A stretch of 36,146 bases of DNA from Gammaproteobacteria bacterium (lineage in GTDB: Bacteria > Pseudomonadota > Gammaproteobacteria > Methylococcales > UBA2780). The stretch is taken from assembly GCA_003646305.1 (NCBI GenBank), contig QNFJ01000003.1, forward strand, positions 1 through 36,146. Direction: 5' to 3'. Position 1 is the first letter of the stretch. Every line of letters begins with the position of its first letter. The notes beneath the pieces were generated by a model. The model did not search any database and was not told where the DNA came from. It saw only the letters and a list, made by a program, of their open reading frames with translations. Shown here piece after piece: positions 18,700 to 28,678 of the stretch. Both the position numbers and the translations under genes were made by a program.

Positions 18700-19734
18700 T
18701 TAGAATGTGGTTTTATTAACCGCTTTTGAGCGCGCATCTTGTCTCGAAATTCGGCCTTGATCGACCAGTTCGATAAGGTGCTGGTCGAGGGTTTGCATGC
18801 CCTCTTTACGACCTGTTTGAATGGCAGAGTACATCTGTGCAATCTTGTCTTCACGAATCAGGTTACGGATGGCGGGCGTTCCCGTCATGATTTCCCACGC
18901 AGCGGTTCGGCCGCCCCCTATTTTCTTCATTAAGGTTTGAGCGATTACAGCACGTAGAGACTCCGAAAGCATTGAACGGACCATACTCTTTTCAGCAGCA
19001 GGAAAAACATCAATAATACGGTCGATGGTTTTAGCCGCCGATGTGGTGTGGAGTGTGCCAAAAACAAGGTGCCCTGTTTCGGCGGCGGTTAATGCCAGAC
19101 GGATTGTTTCAAGATCTCGCATTTCACCGACCAGAATAACATCGGGATCCTCACGAAGTGCAGACCGTAATGCTTCACTAAAGCCCAGGGTGTCTCTGTG
19201 AACCTCACGCTGATTAATAAGACACTTTTTGCTCTGGTGAACAAACTCGATGGGGTCTTCGATAGTCAGGATGTGCGAGTACTTATTCGCATTGATATAA
19301 TCGACCATGGCGGCGAGCGTGGTCGATTTACCCGAGCCAGTCGGGCCGGTGACCAGCACAATCCCTCGAGGGGTGTTGGCCAGATCTTTAAAGCCTGCCG
19401 GACAGCCTAATTCTTCGAGCGATAGAACTTTTGAAGGAATGGTTCTAAATACAGCCGCGCAGCCTCTGTCCTGATTAAAGGCATTTACACGAAAGCGAGC
19501 AACACCTGGGAGCTCAAAAGAGAAATCCACTTCAAAAACTTCTTCGAAGTCACGCCGCTGTTTATCGTTCATAATGTCGTAAACTAGCGCATGAACTTCT
19601 TTGTGCTCCAGTTCAGGAACGTTGATTCGCCTCATATCACCATCCACGCGAATCATAGGAGGTAAGCCCGCAGAAAGATGTAGATCCGATGCGTTATTTT
19701 TAACAGAAAAAGCGAGTAGTTCAGTAATATCCAT
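18700..19734 (-). CDS. pilT: Type IV pilus retraction ATPase PilT
   Basis: MDITELLAF start, GPTGSGKST, LREDPD, AIRNLIRE motif. Confidence 0.97.
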   Translation of the reverse strand: MDITELLAFSVKNNASDLHLSAGLPPMIRVDGDMRRINVPELEHKEVHALVYDIMNDKQRRDFEEVFEVDFSFELPGVARFRVNAFNQDRGCAAVFRTIPSKVLSLEELGCPAGFKDLANTPRGIVLVTGPTGSGKSTTLAAMVDYINANKYSHILTIEDPIEFVHQSKKCLINQREVHRDTLGFSEALRSALREDPDVILVGEMRDLETIRLALTAAETGHLVFGTLHTTSAAKTIDRIIDVFPAAEKSMVRSMLSESLRAVIAQTLMKKIGGGRTAAWEIMTGTPAIRNLIREDKIAQMYSAIQTGRKEGMQTLDQHLIELVDQGRISRQDARSKAVNKTTF

Positions 19735-19827
19735 CCATTTATCCCCAAAATTTAAAGGCCGGCCATGAGAAAAACAGAACCGGCTGGATAATTTCCTAAT
19801 GATAAGTATAGACAGGTGAAGAGAAAA

Positions 19828-20514
19828 ATGAATGCAGTTGTTAACCAATTGGCAGAAGTTAGGAAAAAGATCGCAGATGCAACTTTGTCTGCAGGGAGAG
19901 AATCTGGCTCTGTCCGGTTGCTGGCTGTTAGTAAGACGAAAACAGCGGCTGAGCTGTTATGTGTATACCGAGAGGGACAAAGAGACTTTGGTGAGAATTA
20001 CCTTCAGGAGGCACTGGATAAACAAAAACAGTTGAGTGATTGTGAGATAATGTGGCACTTTATTGGCCCAATCCAGTCGAATAAAACGCGGGCAATTGCG
20101 GAGCATTTTGATTGGGTACATAGTGTTGATCGTCTTAAGATTGCCAGACGTCTGAGTGAACAGCGCCCAGAAGAGAGAGGGCCTTTGAATATTTGCTTGC
20201 AGGTCAATATAAGTAATGAAGTCTCTAAATCTGGCCTCTCTTTACAGGATCTTCCTGACTTGGTGAAAGCAGTCTCAGAGCTGCCTAACTTGCGCCTGCG
20301 TGGTTTGATGGCAATTCCAGCTAAGCTGTTTGCCAATAGAGATGAACAACGAATCCCTTTTGCTCGTTTGAGAGAAACGCTCGAGAAAATGAAAGAGCAG
20401 GGGTATTCTGTAGATACATTATCAATGGGCATGACTGAAGATCTGGAAATAGCGATTTCAGAGGGTGCGACGTGGGTTCGAGTGGGTAGGGCAATTTTTG
20501 GTGAAAGAAACTAG
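19828..20514 (+). CDS. yggS: PLP homeostasis protein YggS
   Basis: LLAVSKTK, FGENYLQE, WHFIGPIQSNK, LSMGM, VRVG.AIFG.R. Alternative GTG start at 19816. Confidence 0.96.
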   Translation: MNAVVNQLAEVRKKIADATLSAGRESGSVRLLAVSKTKTAAELLCVYREGQRDFGENYLQEALDKQKQLSDCEIMWHFIGPIQSNKTRAIAEHFDWVHSVDRLKIARRLSEQRPEERGPLNICLQVNISNEVSKSGLSLQDLPDLVKAVSELPNLRLRGLMAIPAKLFANRDEQRIPFARLRETLEKMKEQGYSVDTLSMGMTEDLEIAISEGATWVRVGRAIFGERN

Positions 20515-20562
20515 AGCCGTTCTGAAAGAAGCGGGTTCGTATTTTTATATGGATAAAAGTAA

Positions 20563-21387
20563 ATGAAGAAAGCGAAAATCGGATTTATTGGTGGCGGCAA
20601 TATGGCTGGAAGCCTGATCAAAGGGCTTATTGCTGATAGTTATCCGGCAGATGATATTTGGGTCTCAGACCCAGATGAATCGAAATTAAAGGCTTATCGT
20701 GACCAGCTTGGTGTCAATGCAACAATCGATAATGACGAACTGGTTAATGAGGTTTCGGTTGTTGTTCTGGCGGTAAAACCTCAGATACTTAAACCGGTAT
20801 CTATGGGCATAAAAGAGGCTGTGAAAAAGAGCGCACCACTTGTGGTATCAATTGCGGCCGGAATACGATCTAAAGATATCGCCAATTGGCTTGGTGGAGA
20901 CGTGGCTATCGTTCGTTGCATGCCAAACACACCGGCTTTAGTTGGGAGCGGGGCGACAGGGCTTTATGCAAATGAGCAGGTGAGCGCTGAACAGAATGAT
21001 CAAGCTGAATCAATTATGAGGTCAGTAGGGTTAATTGTCTGGCTTGATGATGAGCAACTTCTGGATGCGGTGACAGCTGTATCGGGCAGTGGTCCAGCCT
21101 ATTATTTTCTAATGATGGAGGCGATGGAAAAAGTGGCTGTCGAAATGGGGATTTCTCAGGAGTCAGCTAGATTGCTTGTGCAGCAGACCGCTTTTGGCGC
21201 GGCGAAACTTGCCATGGAGGCGAGTGATTCACCGGAAACATTGCGCGTAAAGGTTACTTCACCTGGTGGCACCACTGAGCGGGCGATCTCTTCATTTGAG
21301 GGAGATGATTTTCGCAAAATAGTGCGCTCGGCGCTTGTGGCAGCACAAAACCGCTCTGCCGAACTGTCAGATGAGTTGGGAGGTTAA
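20563..21387 (+). CDS. proC: Pyrroline-5-carboxylate reductase
   Basis: GFIGGGNMA, RCMPNTP, SGSGPAY, VTSPGGTT. Confidence 0.97.
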   Translation: MKKAKIGFIGGGNMAGSLIKGLIADSYPADDIWVSDPDESKLKAYRDQLGVNATIDNDELVNEVSVVVLAVKPQILKPVSMGIKEAVKKSAPLVVSIAAGIRSKDIANWLGGDVAIVRCMPNTPALVGSGATGLYANEQVSAEQNDQAESIMRSVGLIVWLDDEQLLDAVTAVSGSGPAYYFLMMEAMEKVAVEMGISQESARLLVQQTAFGAAKLAMEASDSPETLRVKVTSPGGTTERAISSFEGDDFRKIVRSALVAAQNRSAELSDELGG

Positions 21388-21389
21388 GT

Positions 21390-21962
21390 ATGGACCATTA
21401 CGGAAACCCCTTTATTTTCCTGGTTGATACGCTATTTGGCCTATATATCCTTGCGGTAATGCTGAGGTTTTTATTTCAGTGGGTACGAGCCGGTTTTAAT
21501 AACCCTATTTCTCAATTTCTGGTGAAAATTACACAGCAGCCGTTAAAGGCTTTTCGCCGTGTTGTTCCTCCGGCTGGGCAGATCGATCTTGCTAGCATTG
21601 TGCTGATGCTAAGTTTGCAGATGATTGCAGGATTCCTGATGTTTTCGTTGCAGGGCATCGGTATTGATCCAGTCTCTCTATTGTTTTGGTCACTGGCAGA
21701 GTTAGTGAGCCTGACCATTAACATTTTTATTGTGGCAATTATTATTCAGGTGGTGATGAGTTGGTTTAACCCGGGTGGATACAGCTATGCTACTTCATTG
21801 GTATATAGTTTGACCGATCCTTTGCTTGGCTGGGTTAGGGGTTTTCTACCTGCAATGGGTGGGTTGGATTTTTCCTCATTAATTGTGCTGATAGGGCTTC
21901 AGTTCCTTAAAATGGCTGCACTTCCTCCGCTTTACCATCTTGTTGGAACCTCTCTTTTTTAA
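21390..21962 (+). CDS. yggT: YggT family membrane protein
   Basis: Two YGGT repeats (NPISQF..KIT.....RR..P..G.ID; LTDP......P.MGGLDFS). Confidence 0.92.
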   Translation: MDHYGNPFIFLVDTLFGLYILAVMLRFLFQWVRAGFNNPISQFLVKITQQPLKAFRRVVPPAGQIDLASIVLMLSLQMIAGFLMFSLQGIGIDPVSLLFWSLAELVSLTINIFIVAIIIQVVMSWFNPGGYSYATSLVYSLTDPLLGWVRGFLPAMGGLDFSSLIVLIGLQFLKMAALPPLYHLVGTSLF

Positions 21963-22252
21963 TGGCAGAGTGGTTACTAAAGAAAGAGGGTGACTATTTT
22001 TTAGCTATTTATCTTCAGCCTCGTGCCAGTCGTGATGAAGTTGTGGCCCCATATGGTGAGTGTTTAAAGGTTCGAATTAAGGCGCCTCCGGTGAATGGAA
22101 AGGCTAATCAAGCATTAATCCGTTATTTTGCCAGACTATTTGATGTGGCTAAGCGAGATGTTACTTTGCTAGCGGGTGATACAGGCAGAAGGAAAAAGAT
22201 CTGTATAAAAAATGCGTGCAAGCTCCCTGCGGAATTAAGAGAGTTTCTATAG
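21962..22252 (+). CDS. yggU: DUF167/YggU family protein
   Basis: LQPRASRD, LKVRIKAPPVNGKAN, G.TGRRK. Confidence 0.92.
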   Translation: MAEWLLKKEGDYFLAIYLQPRASRDEVVAPYGECLKVRIKAPPVNGKANQALIRYFARLFDVAKRDVTLLAGDTGRRKKICIKNACKLPAELREFL

Positions 22253-22339
22253 CACTAACCTTTTTTAAAATTACTTCTATACTTCTATTTTAACGATAAA
22301 TTAATGTGCCGTATACCGTATGGAAGTTAGGGTGAGCCA

Positions 22340-24346
22340 ATGAGTGTGAAACATTTTGAAGAGCAGCTGCAGGAATATGACGAATGGAAAAGTCGTTTAA
22401 TTTGCGCTGTCGAAGACTATCAGGACTGGTTGAACGAGTTTGGTATTGGTCGACCAGATATAGACCTGAAAATCATGGAGACACTAAATGCGTTACGTAA
22501 TGATAAAATTACAGTTGCCTTTGTGGCAGAGTTTTCACGTGGCAAGACGGAGCTAATCAACGCACTGTTTTTTGCCAATACAGGTACTCGGCTTTTGCCT
22601 TCTTCACCTGGCCGCACAACAATGTGTCCGACAGAAATTTTTTATGATAATACTGATGAAGGGGCTTACATCCGTTTATTAGCGGTAGAAACGCGCATGG
22701 AAGAGGCTCCAGTAAGCGAGCTAAAGAAAGATCAGCGTCGATGGATGCAGATCGATCTTGATCCAAATGATCCTGCGCAGTTGCGGGAGGCATTTCGAGA
22801 GCTGGTGTCGGTCAAAGAGGTTTTACTGGATGAGGCGGTTCAACTAGGTCTTTATAGTGAGGATATGCACCCTCACCAAAAAGAACCACCAAAAACGCTA
22901 GAAATCCCCTGTTGGCGCCACGCGATAATCAGTTACCCCCATCCTTTGCTCGAGAAAGGGCTCACAATTCTTGATACCCCCGGGCTTAACGCACTAGGCT
23001 CAGAACCTGAATTGACACTGAGTATGCTACCCAGTGCTCAAGCGATGATTTTTGTCTTAGCAGCCGATACAGGTGTCACAAAAAGTGATCTTGAAATCTG
23101 GCAGAAACATATTAAAAGTTACCGCTCGAGTAATGAGCGAGGCTTAGCTGTGGTGATGAATAAAATTGATACATTGTGGGATGATTTAGATGATGCAGTG
23201 ACGATAGATGCATCGATTCGTGCACAGGTGACAATGACCGCTAGAACATTGGATATAGATGGTGATGCTATTTTTCCTCTTTCAGCAAAACAGGCTTTGT
23301 TGGGGAAGGTGAAAAATGACGCTGAGCTTGTTGATAAAAGCCAGTTGGCAGCTTTGGAAAACTACCTTTCCGAGAGTGTGTTGGGAGAGAGGCAGACTAT
23401 CCTGAATGGACTGGTATCTGAGGATATTGGGCAGCTGGTTGATGAGTCAATTAGCATCGTTTCATCCCGAGTCGGTAATTTATCAGAGCAGCTTGAGGAT
23501 TTACGTAAGCTTGAAGGTGAAAATGAGGCGCAAACGCTCGAGTTGATGCGTAAAACACGTGAAGAGCAGAAAATATATCAAAAAAATGTCGAACGCTTGC
23601 GAGCAAGCAGGAAAGTGTTTGTTGGACAGGCTCAAAAATTGATTGATGCACTTAATCCTGCAACTGCAGAAGAGATTATTCAGCGCTCCAAGCAAAAAAT
23701 GGTTGGCAGCTGGACAACGTCTGGCATGAAGGCAGCGATGAAAACAGTGTTTGAGGAACTGCATGGGATGCTAAATGATGCAGTTGATAATTCGGAGGAA
23801 ACTCAGCGGTTGGTTAAGGCTATATATCGAACCTTTGAAGAGGAGCATGGATTCGAGCCTGTTTCTCCAAGGCTTTTTGCAATCGTCCGTTATCAGTTGG
23901 AACTTGAGCGGTTATTTAACGAGGGGGAGCAGTTCAGGCAGAGCGCATCAACAGCATTGATGGGCCAGGGTGCAGTAGTTAAAAAGTTATTTGGCTCGAT
24001 TGTTGGTCAGGCTTATGACGCCCTTGAGCACGCACATCGTGAGGCTACGGTGTGGGGTGGAGTTGTTCTTAATCCGCTTCTACAGCAAGTGAAAGAGCAC
24101 AAACAACAGACGGAGCACCGGTTGGAAATGCTTCGTAAGATTAGTGAGTCATCTGGGGAGCTGGGTGAAAATACAGAGAAAATCAGCCGGCAACTTTCTG
24201 AGTTTGAGCAGCAACAGGAAAGAATTCTAAAAATTCAGGCGCTTATCGAAGGGAATGATGAGAGCGCCTCCTCTGCAGGTCAAGAAGTTGAAGGTAGTGA
24301 GTGCGTAGAAAGTGAAATAGATCCGTTTGCTGTTAGACTCGCCTGA
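22340..24346 (+). CDS. Bacterial dynamin-like GTPase
   Basis: G1 AEFSRGKT, G2 GRTT, G3 DTPG and G4 NKID, followed by a long helical/coiled-coil C-terminal region. Confidence 0.85.
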   Translation: MSVKHFEEQLQEYDEWKSRLICAVEDYQDWLNEFGIGRPDIDLKIMETLNALRNDKITVAFVAEFSRGKTELINALFFANTGTRLLPSSPGRTTMCPTEIFYDNTDEGAYIRLLAVETRMEEAPVSELKKDQRRWMQIDLDPNDPAQLREAFRELVSVKEVLLDEAVQLGLYSEDMHPHQKEPPKTLEIPCWRHAIISYPHPLLEKGLTILDTPGLNALGSEPELTLSMLPSAQAMIFVLAADTGVTKSDLEIWQKHIKSYRSSNERGLAVVMNKIDTLWDDLDDAVTIDASIRAQVTMTARTLDIDGDAIFPLSAKQALLGKVKNDAELVDKSQLAALENYLSESVLGERQTILNGLVSEDIGQLVDESISIVSSRVGNLSEQLEDLRKLEGENEAQTLELMRKTREEQKIYQKNVERLRASRKVFVGQAQKLIDALNPATAEEIIQRSKQKMVGSWTTSGMKAAMKTVFEELHGMLNDAVDNSEETQRLVKAIYRTFEEEHGFEPVSPRLFAIVRYQLELERLFNEGEQFRQSASTALMGQGAVVKKLFGSIVGQAYDALEHAHREATVWGGVVLNPLLQQVKEHKQQTEHRLEMLRKISESSGELGENTEKISRQLSEFEQQQERILKIQALIEGNDESASSAGQEVEGSECVESEIDPFAVRLA

Positions 24347-25010
24347 ATAGAAGGTCGCGTATTGAGTGGCCGAGACGAATTCCTCGGCGTTCAAACTTTG
24401 TTTCTGGGCGGCTTTCTGGCCGCTTAATAAATGTGCCGTTACCCGCACAGTTTTCAACGCGCTCATCAGCCGTTAGGACTTCCATCATCTGCTCTGCGTA
24501 ATCTTCCCAGTCCGTCGCCGCATGGAATTTCCCATCTTCTTTGAGTTTTTTTACGATGAGATCGATAAATGAATTGCGGACGATTCTACGCTTATGATGT
24601 CTCTTTTTAGGCCAGGGATCAGCAAAGAAAAGATTGATTGTATCGATGGATTGATCTGGGATAACTGCCTCAATAATTTCGATGGCATCACCGCAATAAA
24701 TCCGAACATTGCGAATATTATGCTCTTTTAACTTAAGCATAAGGTGGCCAACGCCCGGTTTGTGAACCTCAATGCCGATAAAGTTTCTATCTGGGCTTGC
24801 TTGAGCCATTTGCGCCAGGCTTTCGCCATCCCCAAAACCTATTTCGACCGTTAAAGGCGCATCCTGTTCAAAAACAGTTTCTGTCGAGAGTGACTTGTTG
24901 GGATCAAGGACATATTGATCCCAGAGCGTTTTTAGTGCAGCTTGCTGGCCGGGGGTAACCCGTCCTGCACGGCGCGCAAAACTTTTAATATGCGGGTGTT
25001 CTACAGCCAT
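24333..25010 (-). CDS. trmB: tRNA m7G46 methyltransferase
   Basis: EIGFGDG, GIEVH.PG, F.DPWPKKRHHKRR, ATDW, TKFERRG. Confidence 0.96.
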   Translation of the reverse strand: MAVEHPHIKSFARRAGRVTPGQQAALKTLWDQYVLDPNKSLSTETVFEQDAPLTVEIGFGDGESLAQMAQASPDRNFIGIEVHKPGVGHLMLKLKEHNIRNVRIYCGDAIEIIEAVIPDQSIDTINLFFADPWPKKRHHKRRIVRNSFIDLIVKKLKEDGKFHAATDWEDYAEQMMEVLTADERVENCAGNGTFIKRPESRPETKFERRGIRLGHSIRDLLFRRV

Positions 25011-25016
25011 CGGTTG

Positions 25017-25811
25017 TTAGAGGATTAGCCCTTCGATAGGAGATGAGGCTGAGGCAAAACGTTTGCGCGGCATACGGCCGGCCAGAAAGGCTTCTCTGCC
25101 CGCTTCGACACCTTTACGCATAGCCGAGGCCATTAAGACAGGGCTTTGAGCCTGAGCGATCGCTGTATTCATCAGAATGCCATCACAACCCAACTCCATC
25201 GCAATGGTTGCATCCGATGCGGTTCCCACGCCGGCGTCAACCAGAATAGGAACGTTGGCATTCTCAATAATGGTGAGAATGTTGTATGGATTGCGAATAC
25301 CGAGTCCAGAGCCGATTGGTGCGGCTAAAGGCATCACAGCAACACAGCCGATCTCTTCTAATCTCTTTGCGATCAAAGGGTCGTCGTTGGTATAGACCAT
25401 CACATCAAAATCATCTTTAACCAGTATTTCCGCCGCTTCGAGTGTTGCCGTAACATCAGGAAACAGTGTTTTCTGATCACCAAGCACCTCCAGCTTAACC
25501 AGTTTATGACCATCTAATAACTCCCTCGCCAGGCGACAGGTGCGAACGGCATCTTCGGTGTTAAAACAGCCGGCGGTATTAGGCAGGATGGTATAGCGAT
25601 CAGCGGGTAAAATATCGAGGAGGTTTTCCTCGTTCGGATTTTGGCCAATATTGGTGCGACGGATGGCAACGGTGACGATTTCTGCACCACTGGCCTCAAT
25701 CGCTTTGCCGGTCTCCTCTAGATCGCGGTATTTTCCCGTTCCAACGAGTAACCGAGATGAGTAACTTTTCCCTGCGATAATCAGGGAGTCATTGGGAGAA
25801 TCTGTATTCAT
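25017..25811 (-). CDS. thiG: Thiazole synthase
   Basis: [39 protein letters not shown]. Confidence 0.97.
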   Translation of the reverse strand: MNTDSPNDSLIIAGKSYSSRLLVGTGKYRDLEETGKAIEASGAEIVTVAIRRTNIGQNPNEENLLDILPADRYTILPNTAGCFNTEDAVRTCRLARELLDGHKLVKLEVLGDQKTLFPDVTATLEAAEILVKDDFDVMVYTNDDPLIAKRLEEIGCVAVMPLAAPIGSGLGIRNPYNILTIIENANVPILVDAGVGTASDATIAMELGCDGILMNTAIAQAQSPVLMASAMRKGVEAGREAFLAGRMPRKRFASASSPIEGLIL

Positions 25812-26012
25812 TTAGCCGCCTCCTATTGCGTGGACGATTTCAACGCGGTCTTCCGCCTTGATGTGACTGTTTTGGTATTGCCCGTGAGGGACAATTTCGC
25901 GATTAAGTTCAACCGCAACCCGTTTTTGAGAGATAGAGAGTGATACCAGAAGTTGCTCAAGTGTTAGAGGCTTTTCAAGCTCATGTGCTTCGCCATTGAT
26001 GAAAATTTTCAT
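25812..26012 (-). CDS. thiS: Sulfur carrier protein ThiS
   Basis: 66 aa, VAVELN.EIVP, C-terminal GGG. Directly upstream of thiG. Confidence 0.95.
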   Translation of the reverse strand: MKIFINGEAHELEKPLTLEQLLVSLSISQKRVAVELNREIVPHGQYQNSHIKAEDRVEIVHAIGGG

Positions 26013-26025
26013 GGAACGGGTCTGG

Positions 26026-27408
26026 TTAAATGACTTTCGAGAATCGCTGCTCTTTTTGCTGGCGTAGATAGAAGTCGAAGGTCATGCAGATATTGCGAAT
26101 CAGCAAGTGGCCAGCAGGTAAGACCTCAATACCCTGCGAGCTGATTTTAACCAGGACATCCTCTTCAAACTGTTTGAGCTCGGTCAGTTCTTGAGAAAAA
26201 TAGTCTTGAAAGTCGATGGCCCACTGTGTCTCTATAGCCGAAAAATCGAGCGTGAAGTTGCAGATAAGTTGTGTGATAACAGAGCGCCTGAGGAGATCAT
26301 CTTTGGATAGTTCAACACCTCTAAAGATGGGGATTTGTCCCTGCTTTATCTGCTGGTCGTATTCTTCGAGCGTTTTAACATTCTGGCTATAACTATTGCC
26401 AACCTGGCCAATAGAGGTGATTCCCATCGAGACCATATCGCAGTCAGCATGCGTACTATAACCTTGAAAATTACGGTACAACGTGCCATTTTTTTGAGCT
26501 AGCGCCAGTTCATCTTCCGGTTTGGCAAAGTGATCCATACCGATATAGACATAGCCCGCACCGGTTAGCTTTTCGATAACCATTTTGAGGATATCGAGTT
26601 TTTCTGCTGCAGAGGGCAGACGGCTTTCATCTATTTGTCGCTGAACTTTGAATAACTCGGGTAGGTGAGCGTAGTTAAAAACGGAGACACGGTCTGGATC
26701 GGCCTCGATGATTTCATCAACTGTCTTACCAAAGCTCTCTTGAGTCTGCTCGGGCAGGCCGTAGATTAAATCGACACTGATGGATTTAAAGTGGTTATCT
26801 CTAGCTGCCTGTAGCGCAGAAAGTGTCACTTCACGAGGTTGAATTCGGTTGACCGCTTTTTGAACGATGGGGTTGAAGTCCTGAACCCCCATACTTAAGC
26901 GGTTAAAGCCAATCTCGCGTAATGTTTGAATGATTTCTGGATTGGCCTCGCGGGGGTCAATTTCAATAGAGTATTCACCCTGGTCATCATCAAGCAGCTT
27001 GAAGTGCTTGCCCGTCTTAATCATCAGTTCCCGCATTTGCTCAGGGCTGATAAAGGTAGGTGTGCCGCCACCCCAGTGGAGTTGGCGCACTTCTCTTTCT
27101 GCGGAAAAAAGCCGCGACTGCAGCTCTATTTCACGATGTAAGTTATCCAGATAAGGGGCAGAGTGGCGACGGTTTTTGGTGATGATTTTGTTACAGCCAC
27201 AAAAGAAACAGACGGTATCGCAAAAAGGAAGATGAAAGTAGAGAGACAGAGGTCGTCCGCTTTCGTTGCTCGCTAATGCTTTTTGTCGATACTGCTCAGG
27301 ACCAAATTCATTGTGGAACTGGACGGCTGTAGGATATGAAGTGTAACGAGGCCCTGCCTTGTCATACTTGCGAATCAGCTGTTCATCAAACTGAATATGG
27401 CTGTTCAT
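26026..27408 (-). CDS. hemN: Oxygen-independent coproporphyrinogen III oxidase
   Basis: GPRYTSYPT, CDTVCFFC radical SAM motif, GGGTP, RNFQGY, C-terminal FSKVI. Confidence 0.96.
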   Translation of the reverse strand: MNSHIQFDEQLIRKYDKAGPRYTSYPTAVQFHNEFGPEQYRQKALASNESGRPLSLYFHLPFCDTVCFFCGCNKIITKNRRHSAPYLDNLHREIELQSRLFSAEREVRQLHWGGGTPTFISPEQMRELMIKTGKHFKLLDDDQGEYSIEIDPREANPEIIQTLREIGFNRLSMGVQDFNPIVQKAVNRIQPREVTLSALQAARDNHFKSISVDLIYGLPEQTQESFGKTVDEIIEADPDRVSVFNYAHLPELFKVQRQIDESRLPSAAEKLDILKMVIEKLTGAGYVYIGMDHFAKPEDELALAQKNGTLYRNFQGYSTHADCDMVSMGITSIGQVGNSYSQNVKTLEEYDQQIKQGQIPIFRGVELSKDDLLRRSVITQLICNFTLDFSAIETQWAIDFQDYFSQELTELKQFEEDVLVKISSQGIEVLPAGHLLIRNICMTFDFYLRQQKEQRFSKVI

Positions 27409-27419
27409 TGGCGCCCTGT

Positions 27420-28487
27420 TTAGCCGTTAACTGTGCGGCGTGCTTTGACTGCTTGAGCAAGCTGATTGAGCAGTATTTCACTATCTTCCCAGTCAATGCA
27501 GGCATCGGTAATGCTTTGGCCGTAAGTGAGCGGTTCTCCAGGAATCACTTTCTGATTGCCGGCAACAAGGTTGCTTTCAATCATGACACCTGTGATTCGG
27601 TCATCACCATTTGAGATCTGTTCTGCTACATCGGTGCCAACGAGTAATTGCCTTTTATGTTGTTTAAGGCTGTTGGCATGACTGAAATCGATCATAAGAC
27701 CATCATTGAGCCCCGCTTTTTTAAGTGCAGTTGCCGCTTCATTGACGCTAACTGCGTCAAAGTTAGGCTGTTTGCCGCCACGAAGGATGATATGGCAATC
27801 TTCATTTCCGGCAGTGGTGAAGATGGCCGATTTGCCACCTTTGGTGAGTGAAAGGAAGTGGTGTGGGCGTGTGGCAGAGCCAATTGCATCAATGGCGATG
27901 GTTATGGTTCCGTCGGTGCCGTTTTTAAAGCCGACAGGGCAAGAGAGGCCGGAAGCGAGTTCCCTATGTCCCTGACTTTCGGTTGTGCGTGCACCGATCG
28001 CACCCCACGCGATGAGGTCAGAAACATATTGCGGGCTGATCAAGTCTAGGTACTCGGTTGCGGTGGAAAGGCCTACTTCATTTAAATCGAGCAAAAGCTT
28101 GCGGGCGAGCCGTAACCCTTTGTCGATGTTATAGCTTTCATCCAGATCAGGGTCATTGATGAGTCCTTTCCAGCCAACAGTTGTTCTGGGCTTTTCGAAA
28201 TAGACGCGCATGACAATGTGCAAATCGTTTTTTAATTGCTCTGCGATGGGTTTTAGTCGCTTCGCGTATTCTATGGCCGCTTCGGGGTCATGAACTGAGC
28301 AGGGGCCAATCACAACCAGCAGGCGGTCATCGGTTTTTAGCAGAATATTATGGATGGCTCGGCGAGAATTGAGTGTTGTTTTTGCAGCGCGATCAGTTAT
28401 CGGGAATTCATTGTGGATTTGATCAGGTGTGGCAACTTCGTGCTGGGCGACGATCCGAAGGTCATCAGTATTGAGTTTGTTATCCAT
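27420..28487 (-). CDS. aroG: DAHP synthase, class I-alpha (feedback specificity not determinable)
   Basis: IGPCSVHD, RVYFEKPRT.VGWKG, IGARTTES, DFSHANS, SITDAC. Confidence 0.92.
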   Translation of the reverse strand: MDNKLNTDDLRIVAQHEVATPDQIHNEFPITDRAAKTTLNSRRAIHNILLKTDDRLLVVIGPCSVHDPEAAIEYAKRLKPIAEQLKNDLHIVMRVYFEKPRTTVGWKGLINDPDLDESYNIDKGLRLARKLLLDLNEVGLSTATEYLDLISPQYVSDLIAWGAIGARTTESQGHRELASGLSCPVGFKNGTDGTITIAIDAIGSATRPHHFLSLTKGGKSAIFTTAGNEDCHIILRGGKQPNFDAVSVNEAATALKKAGLNDGLMIDFSHANSLKQHKRQLLVGTDVAEQISNGDDRITGVMIESNLVAGNQKVIPGEPLTYGQSITDACIDWEDSEILLNQLAQAVKARRTVNG

Positions 28488-28509
28488 AATATTGGCTGTT
28501 GTGAGGATG

Positions 28510-28551
28510 AAAATAGGTCATATAACGCACTTATTGTTTGATTTCCTTCAA
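28510..28551 (-). promoter_or_regulatory. FNR/Anr-like box and putative class II promoter for the aroG-hemN operon
   Basis: TTGAT-TTCC-TTCAA at 28538-28551 (9/10 to consensus). A TATTTT hexamer (28515-28510) lies at the spacing expected for a site centred at -41.5. Confidence 0.45.
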
Positions 28552-28678
28552 ACTTTGCAATGCATCTAGTTTAATCGCACCATTTTACCCTCAATTCTGG
28601 TTTTATGCTTGCCTATCATTTTTTTGGGTGATAGCTTGCTAGTTCTTCGCCAATTTAAAGAATATTTAGCAGGTACAC

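Noticed and set aside
24333-26060. TPP riboswitch ahead of thiS-thiG
   Set aside because: Only 13 nt separate hemN and thiS, and no TPP aptamer core was seen.
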